Assembly: GCF_001194135.2 (NCBI RefSeq)
Contig: NC_068984.1
Location: forward strand, 115,514,074 to 115,578,073
Length of the DNA stretch: 64,000 nt
Direction of reading: 5' to 3'
From: Octopus bimaculoides
Taxonomy: Eukaryota
A program made the position numbers and the translations under genes. Below the pieces are notes generated by a model that did not search any database, had not been told where the DNA came from, and saw nothing but the letters and a program-made list of their open reading frames with translations. Of the stretch, positions 27,416 through 41,590 are shown in pieces (the first letter of the stretch is position 1; each line of letters starts with the position of its first letter).

Positions 27416-27590
27416 TATGAAGGGGGTGCTGAAAAGTTCCTGGCTTTAAGGGTATCATGAAAGGCTTGGCTGGAGGACCAAACTTCCAAGTTCTTTTACA
27501 GGGCTTAGAAACACTGAAGGACTGCTGCAATAAGCGTGTGAATCTGAGAGGGAAAAAGTTGAATAAAATCCTAATTAACTGATCTTCTTG
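27416..27590 (-). mobile_element. Second, inverted partial copy of the same MITE
   Basis: Its reverse complement aligns with 27015-27182 over ~165 bp. Confidence 0.75.
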
Positions 27591-27591
27591 T

Positions 27592-27896
27592 ATATATAAT
27601 TGTAAGAATATAATTATAATTAAGGGCACTGAAATCTCAGCACTTATACACTAGAAGTAGATGTCAAATACCTGCAATCCACTCAAAATTTATTCTCTAT
27701 CTATAACCCAAGGCTGAATGTGCAGAAATGAGCAGGAAGATTTACAAATTTCGGATAATCCTATATCTCAAGATTTCATGCTCTGAAATGAAGATTACTT
27801 TGTACTCATCAGTAGAGATAAACTGACAATATATAAGCAAAAGGCACTGACATTCCAGTGTCCTTAATTATAATTATATTTTTATAATTATATACT
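27592..27896. mobile_element. Probable AT-rich MITE with ~55-bp inverted ends
   Basis: tataattgtaagaatataattataattaagggcactgaaatctcag (~27595-27640) versus ctgacattccagtgtccttaattataattatatttttataattata (~27848-27893). Confidence 0.55.
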
Positions 27897-28103
27897 TAAA
27901 AATTCATTTTACCAATATGGTTGTTTTTTATATGCTAGCCACCAACACATAATAATCATGGTAATGATTATATCCTTAATGTATAAGTATATATATATAT
28001 ATATACATACATATACACATACATACATACATACATACATACATACATACATACATCCATGCATGCATGCATGCATGCATGCATGCATGCATACATACAT
28101 ACA

Positions 28104-28139
<36 letters not shown>

Positions 28140-29576
28140 TATATATATTCGCCTCTCCAGTTCGTGCTTCACAGCGTTCAATATACACACACTTCTCAAC
28201 GTCTGGCTGTACAGCCTTTTTGTTTGTTTATTTCACCGTTTCATTTTCCTGTCTTGTTTTCTGTCCGCCACTATCCTCCACGAAAAAATTTTATTTGTGT
28301 TTGTGGGAAGAGCCATTTTAACGATGCATCCTGCCCTAACTCTTCGAAACGCCAGTGTTTTAATGGTGGCAGCTGATGAAGGATATGTTCTCTATGTGGC
28401 CTGCTTGTTTTTTGTACCTTGTTTATCATTTTGTCCATGTATTTTTGCAACGTCATGTACCCAGATATGTATCTATAAGATAAAAGATATATNNNNNNNN
28501 NNNNNNNNNNNNNNNNNNNNNNNNNNNNNNNNNNNNNNNNNNNNNNNNNNNNNNNNNNNNNNNNNNNNNNNNNNNNNNNNNNNNNNNNNNNNNNNNNNNN
28601 NNNNNNNNNNNNNNNNNNNNNNNNNNNNNNNNNNNNNNNNNNNNNNNNNNNNNNNNNNNNNNNNNNNNNNNNNNNNNNNNNNNNNNNNNNNNNNNNNNNN
28701 NNNNNNNNNNNNNNNNNNNNNNNNNNNNNNNNNNNNNNNNNNNNNNNNNNNNNNNNNNNNNNNNNNNNNNNNNNNNNNNNNNNNNNNNNNNNNNNNNNNN
28801 NNNNNNNNNNNNNNNNNNNNNNNNNNNNNNNNNNNNNNNNNNNNNNNNNNNNNNNNNNNNNNNNNNNNNNNNNNNNNNNNNNNNNNNNNNNNNNNNNNNN
28901 NNNNNNNNNNNNNNNNNNNNNNNNNNNNNNNNNNNNNNNNNNNNNNNNNNNNNNNNNNNNNNNNNNNNNNNNNNNNNNNNNNNNNNNNNNNNNNNNNNNN
29001 NNNNNNNNNNNNNNNNNNNNNNNNNNNNNNNNNNNNNNNNNNNNNNNNNNNNNNNNNNNNNNNNNNNNNNNNNNNNNNNNNNNNNNNNNNNNNNNNNNNN
29101 NNNNNNNNNNNNNNNNNNNNNNNNNNNNNNNNNNNNNNNNNNNNNNNNNNNNNNNNNNNNNNNNNNNNNNNNNNNNNNNNNNNNNNNNNNNNNNNNNNNN
29201 NNNNNNNNNNNNNNNNNNNNNNNNNNNNNNNNNNNNNNNNNNNNNNNNNNNNNNNNNNNNNNNNNNNNNNNNNNNNNNNNNNNNNNNNNNNNNNNNNNNN
29301 NNNNNNNNNNNNNNNNNNNNNNNNNNNNNNNNNNNNNNNNNNNNNNNNNNNNNNNNNNNNNNNNNNNNNNNNNNNNNNNNNNNNNNNNNNNNNNNNNNNN
29401 NNNNNNNNNNNNNNNNNNNNNNNNNNNNNNNNNNNNNNNNNGTTTTAAATAATCACCTAAGCGACATTAAATATCCGAATAATTTACTGGCTTTTTTAAC
29501 CTATATCACTAACAATGTTATGAACTATCGCTCTAAACAAATAGGTAAATAAATAAAATAATCATACAGTTTATCA

Positions 29577-29610
<34 letters not shown>

Positions 29611-32600
29611 ACACACACACACACGCATGTGCATATGTTTCTGTATATTTTATGCAGTTTGATATACAAATAGACACATTGTATCACAAAAGGCATGCTA
29701 GTGAAACTTGTAACTGTCACCTTTCATGATTTCACAGAGAGAGAGAGAGTGTGTGTGTGTGTGTGTGTGTGTTTCTATTCATTTCTTACTTAGTTCTATA
29801 TATTAGGTAATGCACATTTATTGTATAACATAATGCCATATGTTAAATACTTGCAACATATACAAATATATATATATATATTGGAATAGTGGATCTTGAA
29901 TACATAAATACATTATGCATATATATAGAGGAGGAGAGGGAGAGACAGTGATAGAGAAGGAAAAGTAATGTTTTATTTAATATATTGATTAATATTTTTC
30001 AAAGTTTTGTGGCATAAAATAATTTCAAAAAATTCTATGTAATTTTATTTGTAGAAGCCTGATTGAATAACACCTAGAAGACATTTATTGAATTCCTCGT
30101 TGGGAAAGAATAAAGCCTCTATCAGTTTTTCTCACAGTGTTGTTCAAGAAAAGACAGAATATCTATACAATATAGAATGACAAGGTCTGCTTCAACTAGA
30201 TTTTTCATATCTTTCTTTTGGCAGTCCCGTTTGATACGTTAGTGTTATCAAAATAACACAGTATCAAATGGAATCAGAGAGAAAAACAAACATTTACATA
30301 AATTAATTATTACTATCACCTAGTCTCAGATGCAAACTGTAAAACCAAAATTTAGTTGCTAACCAATAGTCTTGAATTTTTTATCTTTTGTGAAGATAAT
30401 TCATTATAGATTTTTATTCCTAGAATTTTGACATGTCTTGAATTTTGTCAACTGAAAGACAGGGATCATTTTATCTTTGTTGACATAAATTCATGTATTT
30501 TGCTATTTCTTGAATCATAAGTATCATTACATTCAGTAACAATTCAAGATATTTATCTACAAGAACTTTGAAAATGATTACCCATAATTCAATGTCTTAT
30601 TCAAATTCAGTTTTCTAATTACTTTCTTCCATTTCAACATACTTTATTCAGATTTTTCAACTGTCATCTGATTCCAAACATGTTTATGATAATTTTGCTA
30701 AGTCAACAACATTATTATATTATATTCCTTCATCAAAAATTTTTGAGAATTCCCTGTAATCTACTGTGTGGTTGGTTAAGAAGCTTGCTTTTCAACCACA
30801 TGGTTTCAGGTTCAGTCCCATTATGCAGCACTTCCAGGTCAACCAATGCCTTCTGAATGAATTTGGTAGATGGAAACTGTGTAGCAGCCCATCCTCTGTG
30901 TGTGTGTGTGTGCATGCACGCATTTGTATGTGTATGCACGCAAGTGGACATGCATGTTTGTTTATCACACACATAACCCCATTTAACAAGTGTTCATCAG
31001 TTTACATCACCATAACTTGGCAGTTCAACAAAAGGTATTCAATAGAATAAGTACCAGACTTAAAAACTTAAACTCAAGTACTAGAGTCAATTTGTTTGAC
31101 TAAAATCATTCCAGGCAGTGCTCCAGCATGGCCAAAGTCCAATAACTGAAACAAGTAAAACATGAAAGAAGTTTCAAATGGGAAAAAGCCACTAATTTTT
31201 GCCCCCCACCCCTCCGGGCAGTGGGGAGGGCATTGTAAATACTTATAACGGTTTTGTACTGTAGAGGAGTCTCACATTTAATAGCATTCTATACTTTTGA
31301 CTCAAGTACATTTCCTCTGAAAAGCAGTCAACAAACTGCAAAAAGGTTTGCTATGAATGTCTTCATCACACTTCTTTTTACCACACGTCAAAAGCAAAGG
31401 AATGTTTACATTTTTATAATTTCCTATCACACCTAAGGCTTTCTAATACTTAAATATATTTCAGTCATTCTTATTTACACTGTTGCACATAAGATATATA
31501 TTGTTTAATTATGAACCAGCTAAAGTGCAAATATGCAAGTTCAGCTAATCATTACAGAAATAGATTAATTCCTAATTGCATCATAGAGCAGCTGAATATT
31601 TTATGCTTTCGATTGGTACTTTTCATCTGAGAAGTGATTAACAAAGTAAAAAACAGCCTGTTAGAAGCACCCAGCTTTTTTCTTCAGCACATCAAAAGCA
31701 TAGAAGGATATAGAATTATATTCTTAAAAATTTCTATCACAGCTAAGGCTAAATTTATTTCAGTTCTGATTCATATTATATATGCCATTAAACATATTGT
31801 TCATTCATATATATGCATGTGTATATTAAATTTCTAATACCAATGGTTTCATGTACATGGGTTAGCCAGCAATTATCAACTAAAAATACAAAATTTGAAA
31901 TTTCCTTATAATTACTGACAACTGAGCTTCTAGTTGATAATTGCTAGTCAACCTGTAAGCATGAAACCAGTGGTACTAGAAATTTGATGTCAATTTCATT
32001 AAAGATTTCATTATCCTCCTATCTGATGTTGAACACTTTTTTCAGCTCATTACTAACATCTCTCTCTCTCCTCTGCTTCCTCTCCCTCCCTCTCTTTTCC
32101 TTGCTTCCTCTCCCTCCCTCTCTTCTCCTCGCTTCCTCTCCCCTTCTCTCTCACTTCATTTATTATTATGTCCATTTTATCATGCTAGCATAAGTTAGAT
32201 GAATATATTACTTTGTTATAAGTGACAGGAGCAGTTCAGATTAGCAATTTATATATCTTATTAACTTGAATATAATGTAAGGAAGCCACAACACTACATT
32301 ATTCATCTTGAGAAAACATCTTGTATAGACACAACGTGCTAAATAGCATGGAAATAGTTGAACAGTGGCAATGGAACAGCTAATCTGGGATTCTGTGCAT
32401 TTGCACATCACTGGTAACAATTATCCTCCATGACCACATGCTTGAACAAATTTCATCTCTACTGATTAACAAGTGATTAACTAGTGATTAACAAGTCACT
32501 GATGTTACAAATGGCTGGTGGGCAGAGTAAAACTTCATTATTAGCAACAGAAGCAATATTAGTTCAGAAAAGCTATCTGTATATCTTACTCAATAGGGAT

Positions 32601-33685
32601 ATACTGTTGAAAGCTACAAGACTGAATGAGTAAAGAAAGAAGCAGCTTTATGCAAGCAGATGAAAAGCTATATTACAAAAGAAGGGACCTGAACAGAACA
32701 GGGATTTTTGCTGTAGAAGAACAACATAGCTACTCCCATTATAGAAGAGTGGGTGGGAATAACTCAGGTGGAACTGGAAACACAGATAAAATAGAGATGA
32801 CAAAGGTGTCAGGATGGACTCCAAAGGTACAAGGAGGTGAAAAGAAGTATGTAGAGAACAGGAATATGAATGGATAGAGATTGCAAGAGTTTATAAGAAG
32901 AGTGAGGAATGGTTAGAGACAGGGCATGACTCAGGGAACAAATATAATAAATGAAAAGTAATGGTTGAAGGGTGGTCAATGATGAATAGGTTTTCCATAT
33001 ACAAGAAAATTTATTATAACTCTTTCAAAACTGTTTCTGTGTATTTTAATCAATTTTGAAGAGGATTAAAAACTTTGGAAGAATTTATAGAAATATCCAG
33101 CTGTAAAAAACAGGCTTTGCCAGTGTTGGTGCCACATGAAAAGCACCCAAACTGCCTGTGAAATGGGTGACTTTAGAAAGAGCATCCAGTTGTAAAAAAT
33201 AATGCCTAAACAGACCTCATCAGTGCTAGTGCCACATGAGAAGCATTCAGTCCACTCTGGAAGAGCATCCGGCTGTAAAAACTATATCAAAACAGGCAGT
33301 GGAGCTTGGTACAGTCCTCTGGCTTGCTAGTTCCTGTCAAAATGTCCATCCCATGCAAGCATGGAAAGTAGACTTTAAGTGATGATGATGATAAACTTTT
33401 GTTATTAAACTGGAATGTGGCACAAACAAAATACAGTGGAAGGCAGTGTATTTCATAAATGCAAAGCTTTTAGCATAAGCAGAGGATACAAGAATACCCA
33501 GCACATATTCAGGACTCATCTTAATAACAACAGATATATGGAAATATTATCTGCTAAAATTATGATGGATGGTTAAACTTTAAAAAGGAATGCTCAAAAA
33601 CAGAAGATTTCTTACCACAGAACTAGAGGTGGTTACAGGCAGGTTGGCATGTAAAGAGTTTAAATAATGAAATTATTTAACTTAC

Positions 33686-33848
33686 TGGTAATGTTCCCTA
33701 TTTTCTTTAGATAAAAGTTTCCACTGAGATCCCAAGACACATGAGATATTCCTGTTATCAAGGTGAGGATTCTTGGCAGCAACTTCAGCTCTCTTCTCCA
33801 CAGAATATCTAATGAAACCATTTTGGGGTCGCTTAATATTGCTTGAAC
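33686..33848 (-). CDS. HMG-box gene, coding exon 4 (HMG helices 1-2)
   Basis: Acceptor ttttactgttttag, donor CA|GTAAG. Reads SSNIKRPQNGFIRYSVEKRAEVAAKNPHLDNRNISCVLGSQWKLLSKENREHY, matching the KRPxNxF...N..IS..LG..W HMG pattern. Confidence 0.92.
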
Positions 33849-34189
33849 CTAAAACAGTAAAACATAACACACAAAAGAGAATAAAAGAATAGCAAAAAAA
33901 AAAAAATGTGCAAAATATTTTATGCCAAACAAGAAAAAAATTCATGAAATAATGCACATGTGAGTGTACACGTGTGCATGCATGCACACCTGCAATTTTC
34001 TCTAAGGAAGAATATATTTGAGAGAATACGATATATTATTTTACTTCCAGAGCAAAGATGAGACTTAAAATATTCATTAGTGTATTATGTAAGTACAATT
34101 CTGTATTTCCAATGCTCACATGGTTAATGAGAGATATATCAGAAACATACTGGGATTAATTATTAATTATAATTAACTCAATGTGGAAA

Positions 34190-34392
34190 GTTGGCAGAAT
34201 CGTTAGCATGCTGGACAAAATGCTTAGTTGCATTTCATTTGTCTTACATTCTCAACTCAAATTCCACTGAGGTCAACTTAGCCTTTCATCCTTTTAGAAT
34301 CAATGAAATAAGTACCAGTTGCGTACTGGAGTTGATGTAATTGACTAGCCCCTTCTCCCAAATTTTAGGCCTTGTGCCTATAGTAGAAAGTA
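34190..34392 (+). mobile_element. Family B copy, CpG-decayed
   Basis: Colinear with 7320-7490, but most CG dinucleotides read TG or CA. Confidence 0.7.
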
Positions 34393-36110
34393 TTATAATT
34401 AACTCAATAAACTGCACTCCTTCCTTAGACAAAAATTAACCTGTTTGTGATTTGTCAGAAAGAGAAATGAATATTTTCACTTAATGAATTAACTAGCAAG
34501 ATTTCCAGTACAAAATGATATTAAATGTGGTACACACCTATTTGAGATTGAAAATTACAACCGACTGACTGAACTCAAACCACAAGTAATACCCAACAGC
34601 CTTTTACATTGAAAATTTTACAAGTTATTGCTTTCATAATTTAATTCAGTGTGTGAGATGCTTCTGGAACCTTGCTAGTAGATAGATAGAATTGAATAAA
34701 TAACTAGAGAAAGTAATAATTCCGCTCAATATCTTGGTTGTAATTTTAAGGAGACAAGCTGGCAGATTGTTAGCACACCATGTGAAATGCTTAATGGCAG
34801 TTCGCCTGTCTTCACATTCTGCATGCAAATTCTGCTGAGGTTGACTTTGCCTTTCATCCTTTTGGGGGCCAATAAAATAAGGACCAGCTGAATACTGCGG
34901 TTGATATAATCAACTTACTTCCCCACACGCTGAAATTGCTGGCCTTGTACCAAAATTTTAAATCAATATCTTGGCTGCAGTTGGTTCTAAGAGAATAATT
35001 CCTAAATAGTGAGAACAAGACTTGGTACCTGGAAAAATTCTCGTACTGCAAAAATTAACACAAAATATGAGATGAGACAAAAGTCAAGCTTCCCCTAAAG
35101 AAAAGGCAAAAAAAAAATCATTTTATACATTCACTTTAATAAGTCCTCTGATAAAAATCCCTTGATTGCATGTGGACTAGTTCAATGACAGTAAACATGG
35201 GCTAGGTCATGCTGACAATGGGGGAAAGGCAACATGCCTATTTTCTGCTAGTTCACAAACTCTTCAATTAGAATGCTTGGTTCCAAACGCTTGCTTTTTT
35301 GTTTCAAGTTCCACCGTCGTAAGATTTTTTGTGCAGATATAAAATAATCCTAGATAGCTTTTGGCAAACTAATGTATTAAGTGACTATATGTCTTGGAGG
35401 ATCATTATTTTGAGTATAAGAACCATTCTAGTACCAAGAATAAATCATGAATAAGTCTCTTTATATGGAGGTGAGATACCTGTGTTGAGAATAAGAACAG
35501 ATCTTTAATTTGACAAATTCAAACCTAAACTAATATTTGGGTCTTAAGGCTTTTTTCATGTTATTACATTATTTCATATAATTTAGGTTTTTATCGCCTC
35601 TTTACAGCATTTATCGAAATATCACTTGTTCTAACAATTTTATCACTTACCTAAATTTACTGAATATCCTCTCCATGAAGATCCACCTGACTAACGCATC
35701 TCTCTTCTGTATTATCCAACAATAATTGTCCAGTATTTCGTCTGCTATTATGTTCTGAGTTCAAATTCCACTGAGGTCAACTTTGCTTTTCATCCTTTTG
35801 CGGGGCGATTAAATAAGTACCAGTCACGCACTAGGGTCGATGTAATCGACTTAATCCTTTTGTCTGTCCTTGTTTGTCTCCTCCCCTCTATGTTTAGCCC
35901 CCTGTGGGCAATAAAGTATTAAATAATTGTCTTACTTCCCAGATTATGTATAAAATTTCATCCCCATTCACATCTCCCTCAAACTCCAATGGTATGAAAT
36001 GGCTTCTATTAAGAACCCGAGGACCATCACTACATTCCTCTTAAGCCATAAAGCTAACTAAAACAATAAGTTTTCCTGAGCCTGATTGATTACAAACAAT
36101 AACAACTTAC

Positions 36111-36225
36111 AGTTCTTTTGACAAGAAGAATGTGTTTGGTCTTTACATGAAGTTTTATCGTTATTCTTCTGTACCATCATATTAAGTTCCAGTGCATAGT
36201 TTGCAGTAGCAATTACAACATCTTC
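36111..36225 (-). CDS. HMG-box gene, coding exon 3 (115 nt)
   Basis: Acceptor atttatttcttacag, donor T|GTAAGT; open frame EDVVIATANYALELNMMVQKNNDKTSCKDQTHSSCQKN; phase 0 in and phase 1 out fits exon 4. Confidence 0.72.
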
Positions 36226-38386
36226 CTGTAAGAAATAAATAATAATCCGTGTTAGTAATTAACATATTCTTGAATGAAAATATAATTTTTAAAATTTTGT
36301 TTCATTGTATTTATTTATATACATATATTTTCACTACAATCCCTAGAAAACCCAAGTTTTGTGAGTGGATTTAGTAGAAAGAAACTGAAAGACGTTCTCT
36401 CTCTCTTTCTTTCTCTCTCTCTCTCTTTATATATATATATAAACTAGGCCATGTATCGTATGTGTAAATGTATATGTATGTATATATGTCTGTATGTGTA
36501 TGCATGTGTATGTATGTATATGTGTGTGTATGTGTATGCATATGTATGTGTATGTATGTGTATGTGTGTGTATGGATGCGTGTATGGAGGGATGAAGGAC
36601 AGACAGAGACATACACGGATACACACACCCAACAAGCTTCTTTCAGTTTCTGTTTAACGAATTCACTCACAAGGATTTAGTCTGCCCAAGGCCACAGTAG
36701 TAGACACTTGCCAAAAGTTCCAGGCAGTGGGACTGAACCTGGAACCATGTGGTTGCAAAGCAAGTATTTCCTAATAGTTTTCTTAATTTCTGTACTGTCA
36801 TTGTCATTTTAATGACAACTTTTTCCATGCCTGTGTGGATGAGACAGAATTTGTCGAAGTGGATTTTCTAATCAGACGATCTTCTTATGGCTAACCTTAA
36901 CTTGTTTCCAAACAAGAAAATATTTCCCCATGAACAGACATGTTTTCATAGAAGATTGAAAATGAATGGGCATCACTTGTATAATGATGACATTTGTTTC
37001 ATAAATAGTATATGATGCAAAGCGCTCATGCATACGCGCACACACAGACACACACATAAAGGGCTCTTTTTAGCTTCCATCTACCAAATCCACTCTAAAT
37101 GCTTTGGTGAATCTGAGTTTCGATAAGACATTTGTCCAAGGTGTTATGCAGTGAGACTGAACCCAAAACCACATGATTAGGAAGTAAACTTCTTAATCAC
37201 ACAACCATGGCTGCATTCATCATCATCATCATCAAACATTTATTTTCCATACTGGCTTTGGTTGGATGACTTGACAGGAGCTGGCAAAGTAAAGGACTGC
37301 ACCAAACTCCATTGTCTGTGGCATGGTTTTTATAGCAGGATGCCCTTCCTAACACCAACCACTTTACAGATTGGACTGGGTACTTTCCATGTGGCACTAG
37401 CACTGACAAGGTCTGCTTAGGCATAGTTTTTACAGCTGGATGAATTTTCTAATGCCAACCACTTTTCAGATAGGAACTGGGTACTTTCCATGTGGCACCA
37501 GCATTGATGAGGTCTTGTTAGGTATAGATTTTACAGTTTGATGGATTTCCTAATACCAACCACTTTACAGAATGGACTGAGTGCTTTTCAGGTGGCACCA
37601 ACACTGGCAAAGCTTGCACATTGACTGTTTTCATTCCCAGAAGAAAACAAGAGTAGGAAGTAAAGTTAGAACATANNNNNNNNNNNNNNNNNNNNNNNNN
37701 NNNNNNNNNNNNNNNNNNNNNNNNNNNNNNNNNNNNNNNNNNNNNNNNNNNNNNNNNNNNNNNNNNNNNNNNNNNNNNNNNNNNNNNNNNNNNNNNNNNN
37801 NNNNNNNNNNNNNNNNNNNNNNNNNNNNNNNNNNNNNNNNNNNNNNNNNNNNNNNNNNNNNNNNNNNNNNNNNNNNNNNNNNNNNNNNNNNNNNNNNNNN
37901 NNNNNNNNNNNNNNNNNNNNNNNNNNNNNNNNNNNNTATATATATATATATATATATATATTATATTATATATATATATATGTATGTATACATATATATA
38001 TATTATACATTTAAGTTATGTAAGTGTGGTTATGCTGGAGTGCAACCATGTGCACGCATATGCCCTTGCATGCCCACAAACACACACGTATTTAATGTAA
38101 TTCATTGAAACTGAATCCTCATCACACAAGGCAAATCTTATGCTTCAGCAATTTTCAAGCAAGTGAATGTTTATCTTGCAACTTGAGTTTCATGCCACTG
38201 TGATCATTAGGTGAGAACTCACCTGAAGATAGCAAAACCATATACTCTAACTCTACAACATCTATTGAGCATTTCTTTCTCATCTAGTCAACATCATTTG
38301 ATTTTTGCACATGCGTGCGCATATGTATGTGTGTGTGAAAGTATGTATGTATATTTGTGTATATATGTATAAATATATGCAAGTGC

Positions 38387-38430
<44 letters not shown>

Positions 38431-39419
38431 NNNNNNNNNNNNNNNNNNNNNNNNNNNNNNNNNNNNNNNNNNNNNNNNNNNNNNNNNNNNNNNNNNNNNN
38501 NNNNNNNNNNNNNNNNNNNNNNNNNNNNNNNNNNNNNNNNNNNNNNNNNNNNNNNNNNNNNNNNNNNNNNNNNNNNNNNNNNNNNNNNNNNNNNNNNNNN
38601 NNNNNNNNNNNNNNNNNNNNNNNNNNNNNNNNNNNNNNNNNNNNNNNNNNNNNNNNNNNNNNNNNNNNNNNNNNNNNNNNNNNNNNNNNNNNNNNNNNNN
38701 NNNNNNNNNNNNNNNNNNNNNNNNNNNNNNNNNNNNNNNNNNNNNNNNNNNNNNNNNNNNNNNNNNNNNNNNNNNNNNNNNNNNNNNNNNNNNNNNNNNN
38801 NNNNNNNNNNNNNNNNNNNNNNNNNNNNNNNNNNNNNNNNNNNNNNNNNNNNNNNNNNNNNNNNNNNNNNNNNNNNNNNNNNNNNNNNNNNNNNNNNNNN
38901 NNNNNNNNNNNNNNNNNNNNNNNNNNNNNNNNNNNNNNNNNNNNNNNNNNNNNNNNNNNNNNNNNNNNNNNNNNNNNNNNNNNNNNNNNNNNNNNNNNNN
39001 NNNNNNNNNNNNNNNNNNNNNNNNNNNNNNNNNNNNNNNNNNNNNNNNNNNNNNNNNNNNNNNNNNNNNNNNNNNNNNNNNNNNNNNNNNNNNNNNNNNN
39101 NNNNNNNNNNNNNNNNNNNNNNNNNNNNNNNNNNNNNNNNNNNNNNNNNNNNNNNNNNNNNNNNNNNNNNNNNNNNNNNNAAAGTACCTGGACATACTGT
39201 GATGGAAGAAAATAATGAAAAAGACCTTAATGCCGGATTATCTCCAAAGACTTATGCAGGAGGAGGAGGAGGAGGAGGAGGAGGAGGAGGAGGATTGGCC
39301 CGGATGCAATACCAGGCAGTGGCTCTCACAGTTTCTGATCTTAACAGATTGGAAGTGTTAATGGTAAATTTTGATCCTTTCACCCACATGATTTTTCACT
39401 AAGGGAAAAAAACTCGGAT

Positions 39420-40790
39420 TTTGTGCATAGAATCAAGTACCCTGACTTCCTAATATGCTGCAAACCCTTTATTTTTGGCTGGAATCATTGGAATTTTTTT
39501 TTTTTTCGTTGAATGAATTCCGGTGACCTAATATGCCACAAAATCTTTTTGGTTTGGAAAACGGGGTGGGGTGGGGTGAAGTGGAAGCCTTTGAAATTTC
39601 TGCAGGTACATTTGCTGTGTTTTTTGCCTTGTGGCCCTTTTTTTCTCCTCCCCACTTTTTGTGTGGATACGGTTTGGTCATTGTTTTTGTTGTTTTGTTT
39701 TTCTTTTTGCCCTTTTTTCCTTCTTTTGGATGATGTTTTCCACTGTTTATCCTGGTCAGACTTGCTGCATGTCATATCTGACCATATGAAATCAGGAAGT
39801 GACATGTCCTATCTTAAAGTTGAGAGGTAACTGGAAGAATCCATTGTTGCTATGGTGAGAATTGGTGTTGAAGTGGCTGTTGTTGTCGGCAGTTTTTCTG
39901 TTGTTTTTGTTGATGTTGCTTTGTGGCCATTGCTGGTGGGTTCCTTGATGCTGGGAGAAGGATGAGGGAGTCTCTTCCCTTTCTCCTTCAATGCTAGGCA
40001 GAAGGTTCTTAAGTGTGAAGTCAGAAGGAAGATGTGACACCTGGCCTTCCTCCCCGGATAGAATGATGCTACCTGAGAAATCTAACTGATCTGGGATGGC
40101 ATCTACATTTTTAACTGTTTTGGATGAGGAGTTCTATCTCCATCCGCAACCAGTTCTCTTTTTTGGTCTGGTAGACTTTGAAGATTTTTGTGTTTCCTTC
40201 AATGTCTCTACCATGACAGCAGTTGTTAACCTAGGAACTGCTATCTCTGATGGCATCCGTGGGACTTGCATTCTTGCTAGTCTCTGGCCACAGTAGTAAG
40301 AGACTAACAAGAGATCCTCACTTTTCAAGTGTTTTTGAAAGTGAAATTTTGCCTCTTCCTTTATTTCAAATCTCACTTTCACTGTTCCATAACCCTTCCT
40401 CTTTGGATTTTTCTTCTAGGCTCCAAATGGAACCTAATGCTTTTTTTGGACTTGAGCCTCAGTGGTTCTTTCCACTCTTTTCAACTTTAATTATGGTATT
40501 TAATTATGGTATTTTGAATGGTGTGTCAATCAGGATGTTGAGTTTGACAGTTTGTTCATCTTACCCTCCCAGCCATCTTTCCTTCTTGATCTCTTCCTCA
40601 GAGTAGTTCACTCTTTGGAAAGAGGACTTAGTGGCACTAGTGAAAAAGAGACTGGTGTTTGTCATTGCCTTTGTACTGGTTTGTTGGTCTGTGCTCGTCA
40701 TTGCTACTTTCGTTGCTGTTGTTGTTGCTCATATCTTTCTCAGAGGTTAGTCTTTGCTGTGTTGATACTGACTGACATTTGTAATCTGAA
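39420..40790 (-). pseudogene. Degenerate coding-like segment, possibly a non-LTR retroelement ORF1 remnant
   Basis: One frame runs 40382-39792 with a single in-frame TAG (GYGTVKVRF...SYYCGQRLARMQVPRMPSEIAVPRL...), followed by a basic K/R-rich piece. The 39425-39545 end is shared with 11670-11815. The family assignment is inference. Confidence 0.45.
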
Positions 40791-41209
40791 CCATGAATAA
40801 CTTCAATTTGTTAAAATTTTTATCATAATTATTGTTATTGGCTTCAACATTTTTTATTGTTTGTTTCACTTCAAATTGGGTGTTGTTGTTGTTGTTACTA
40901 GTTGTTGTTGATGGTAGTGGTTTGAAAGATTACTTTGTTGAAATATTGTTTCGTGAATATTTATAACATCACTGTTGTTGAAAACTGCCTTGTTATCTGT
41001 TTTTTTTTCCAATGCGGCGACATAGCACATCATGTTCGCTACATTCTGATGACACTCCTCACACTTTTCTTCTCTCCCAGACACCAGCCTCACCACATCA
41101 ATTTTTTTTTTTCCTCCGTGGATAGAGAAAATGAAAATTTCCGTAACAGAAACAAAATTAAATTGAGATATCCCCAAGACTGGGGGACAACACAGAAAAA
41201 GAAACTCAC

Positions 41210-41274
41210 CAGTTGGTAGACCACAACTCTTTTTCCATGATGGTATAAATTCCAAAACTGGATGCAAAATTTAT
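41210..41274 (-). CDS. HMG-box gene, coding exon 2 (65 nt)
   Basis: Acceptor ...aaccacag, donor CTG|GTGAGT; frame (N)KFCIQFWNLYHHGKRVVVYQL. Phase 1 in and phase 0 out is exactly what is needed to join exons 1 and 3. Confidence 0.65.
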
Positions 41275-41340
41275 CTGTGGTTTTGTTGACAAAAATTACA
41301 GAGGCAAGGTAAAGCCTGGCTTACCAGGCTGATGCAATAA

Positions 41341-41402
<62 letters not shown>

Positions 41403-41463
41403 ATAACAACAACAACAATAATAGTAATTGCTGCTGCTGCTACTGCTGCTGCTGCTACTGCTG

Positions 41464-41514
<51 letters not shown>

Positions 41515-41540
41515 GCTGAACCNNNNNNNNNNTGCAATAA

Positions 41541-41590
<50 letters not shown>

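Noticed and set aside
38223-38286. Candidate exon ending in CAG|GTGAGT at 38223
   Set aside because: Weak acceptor, and no frame fits between exons 2 and 3 without a stop.
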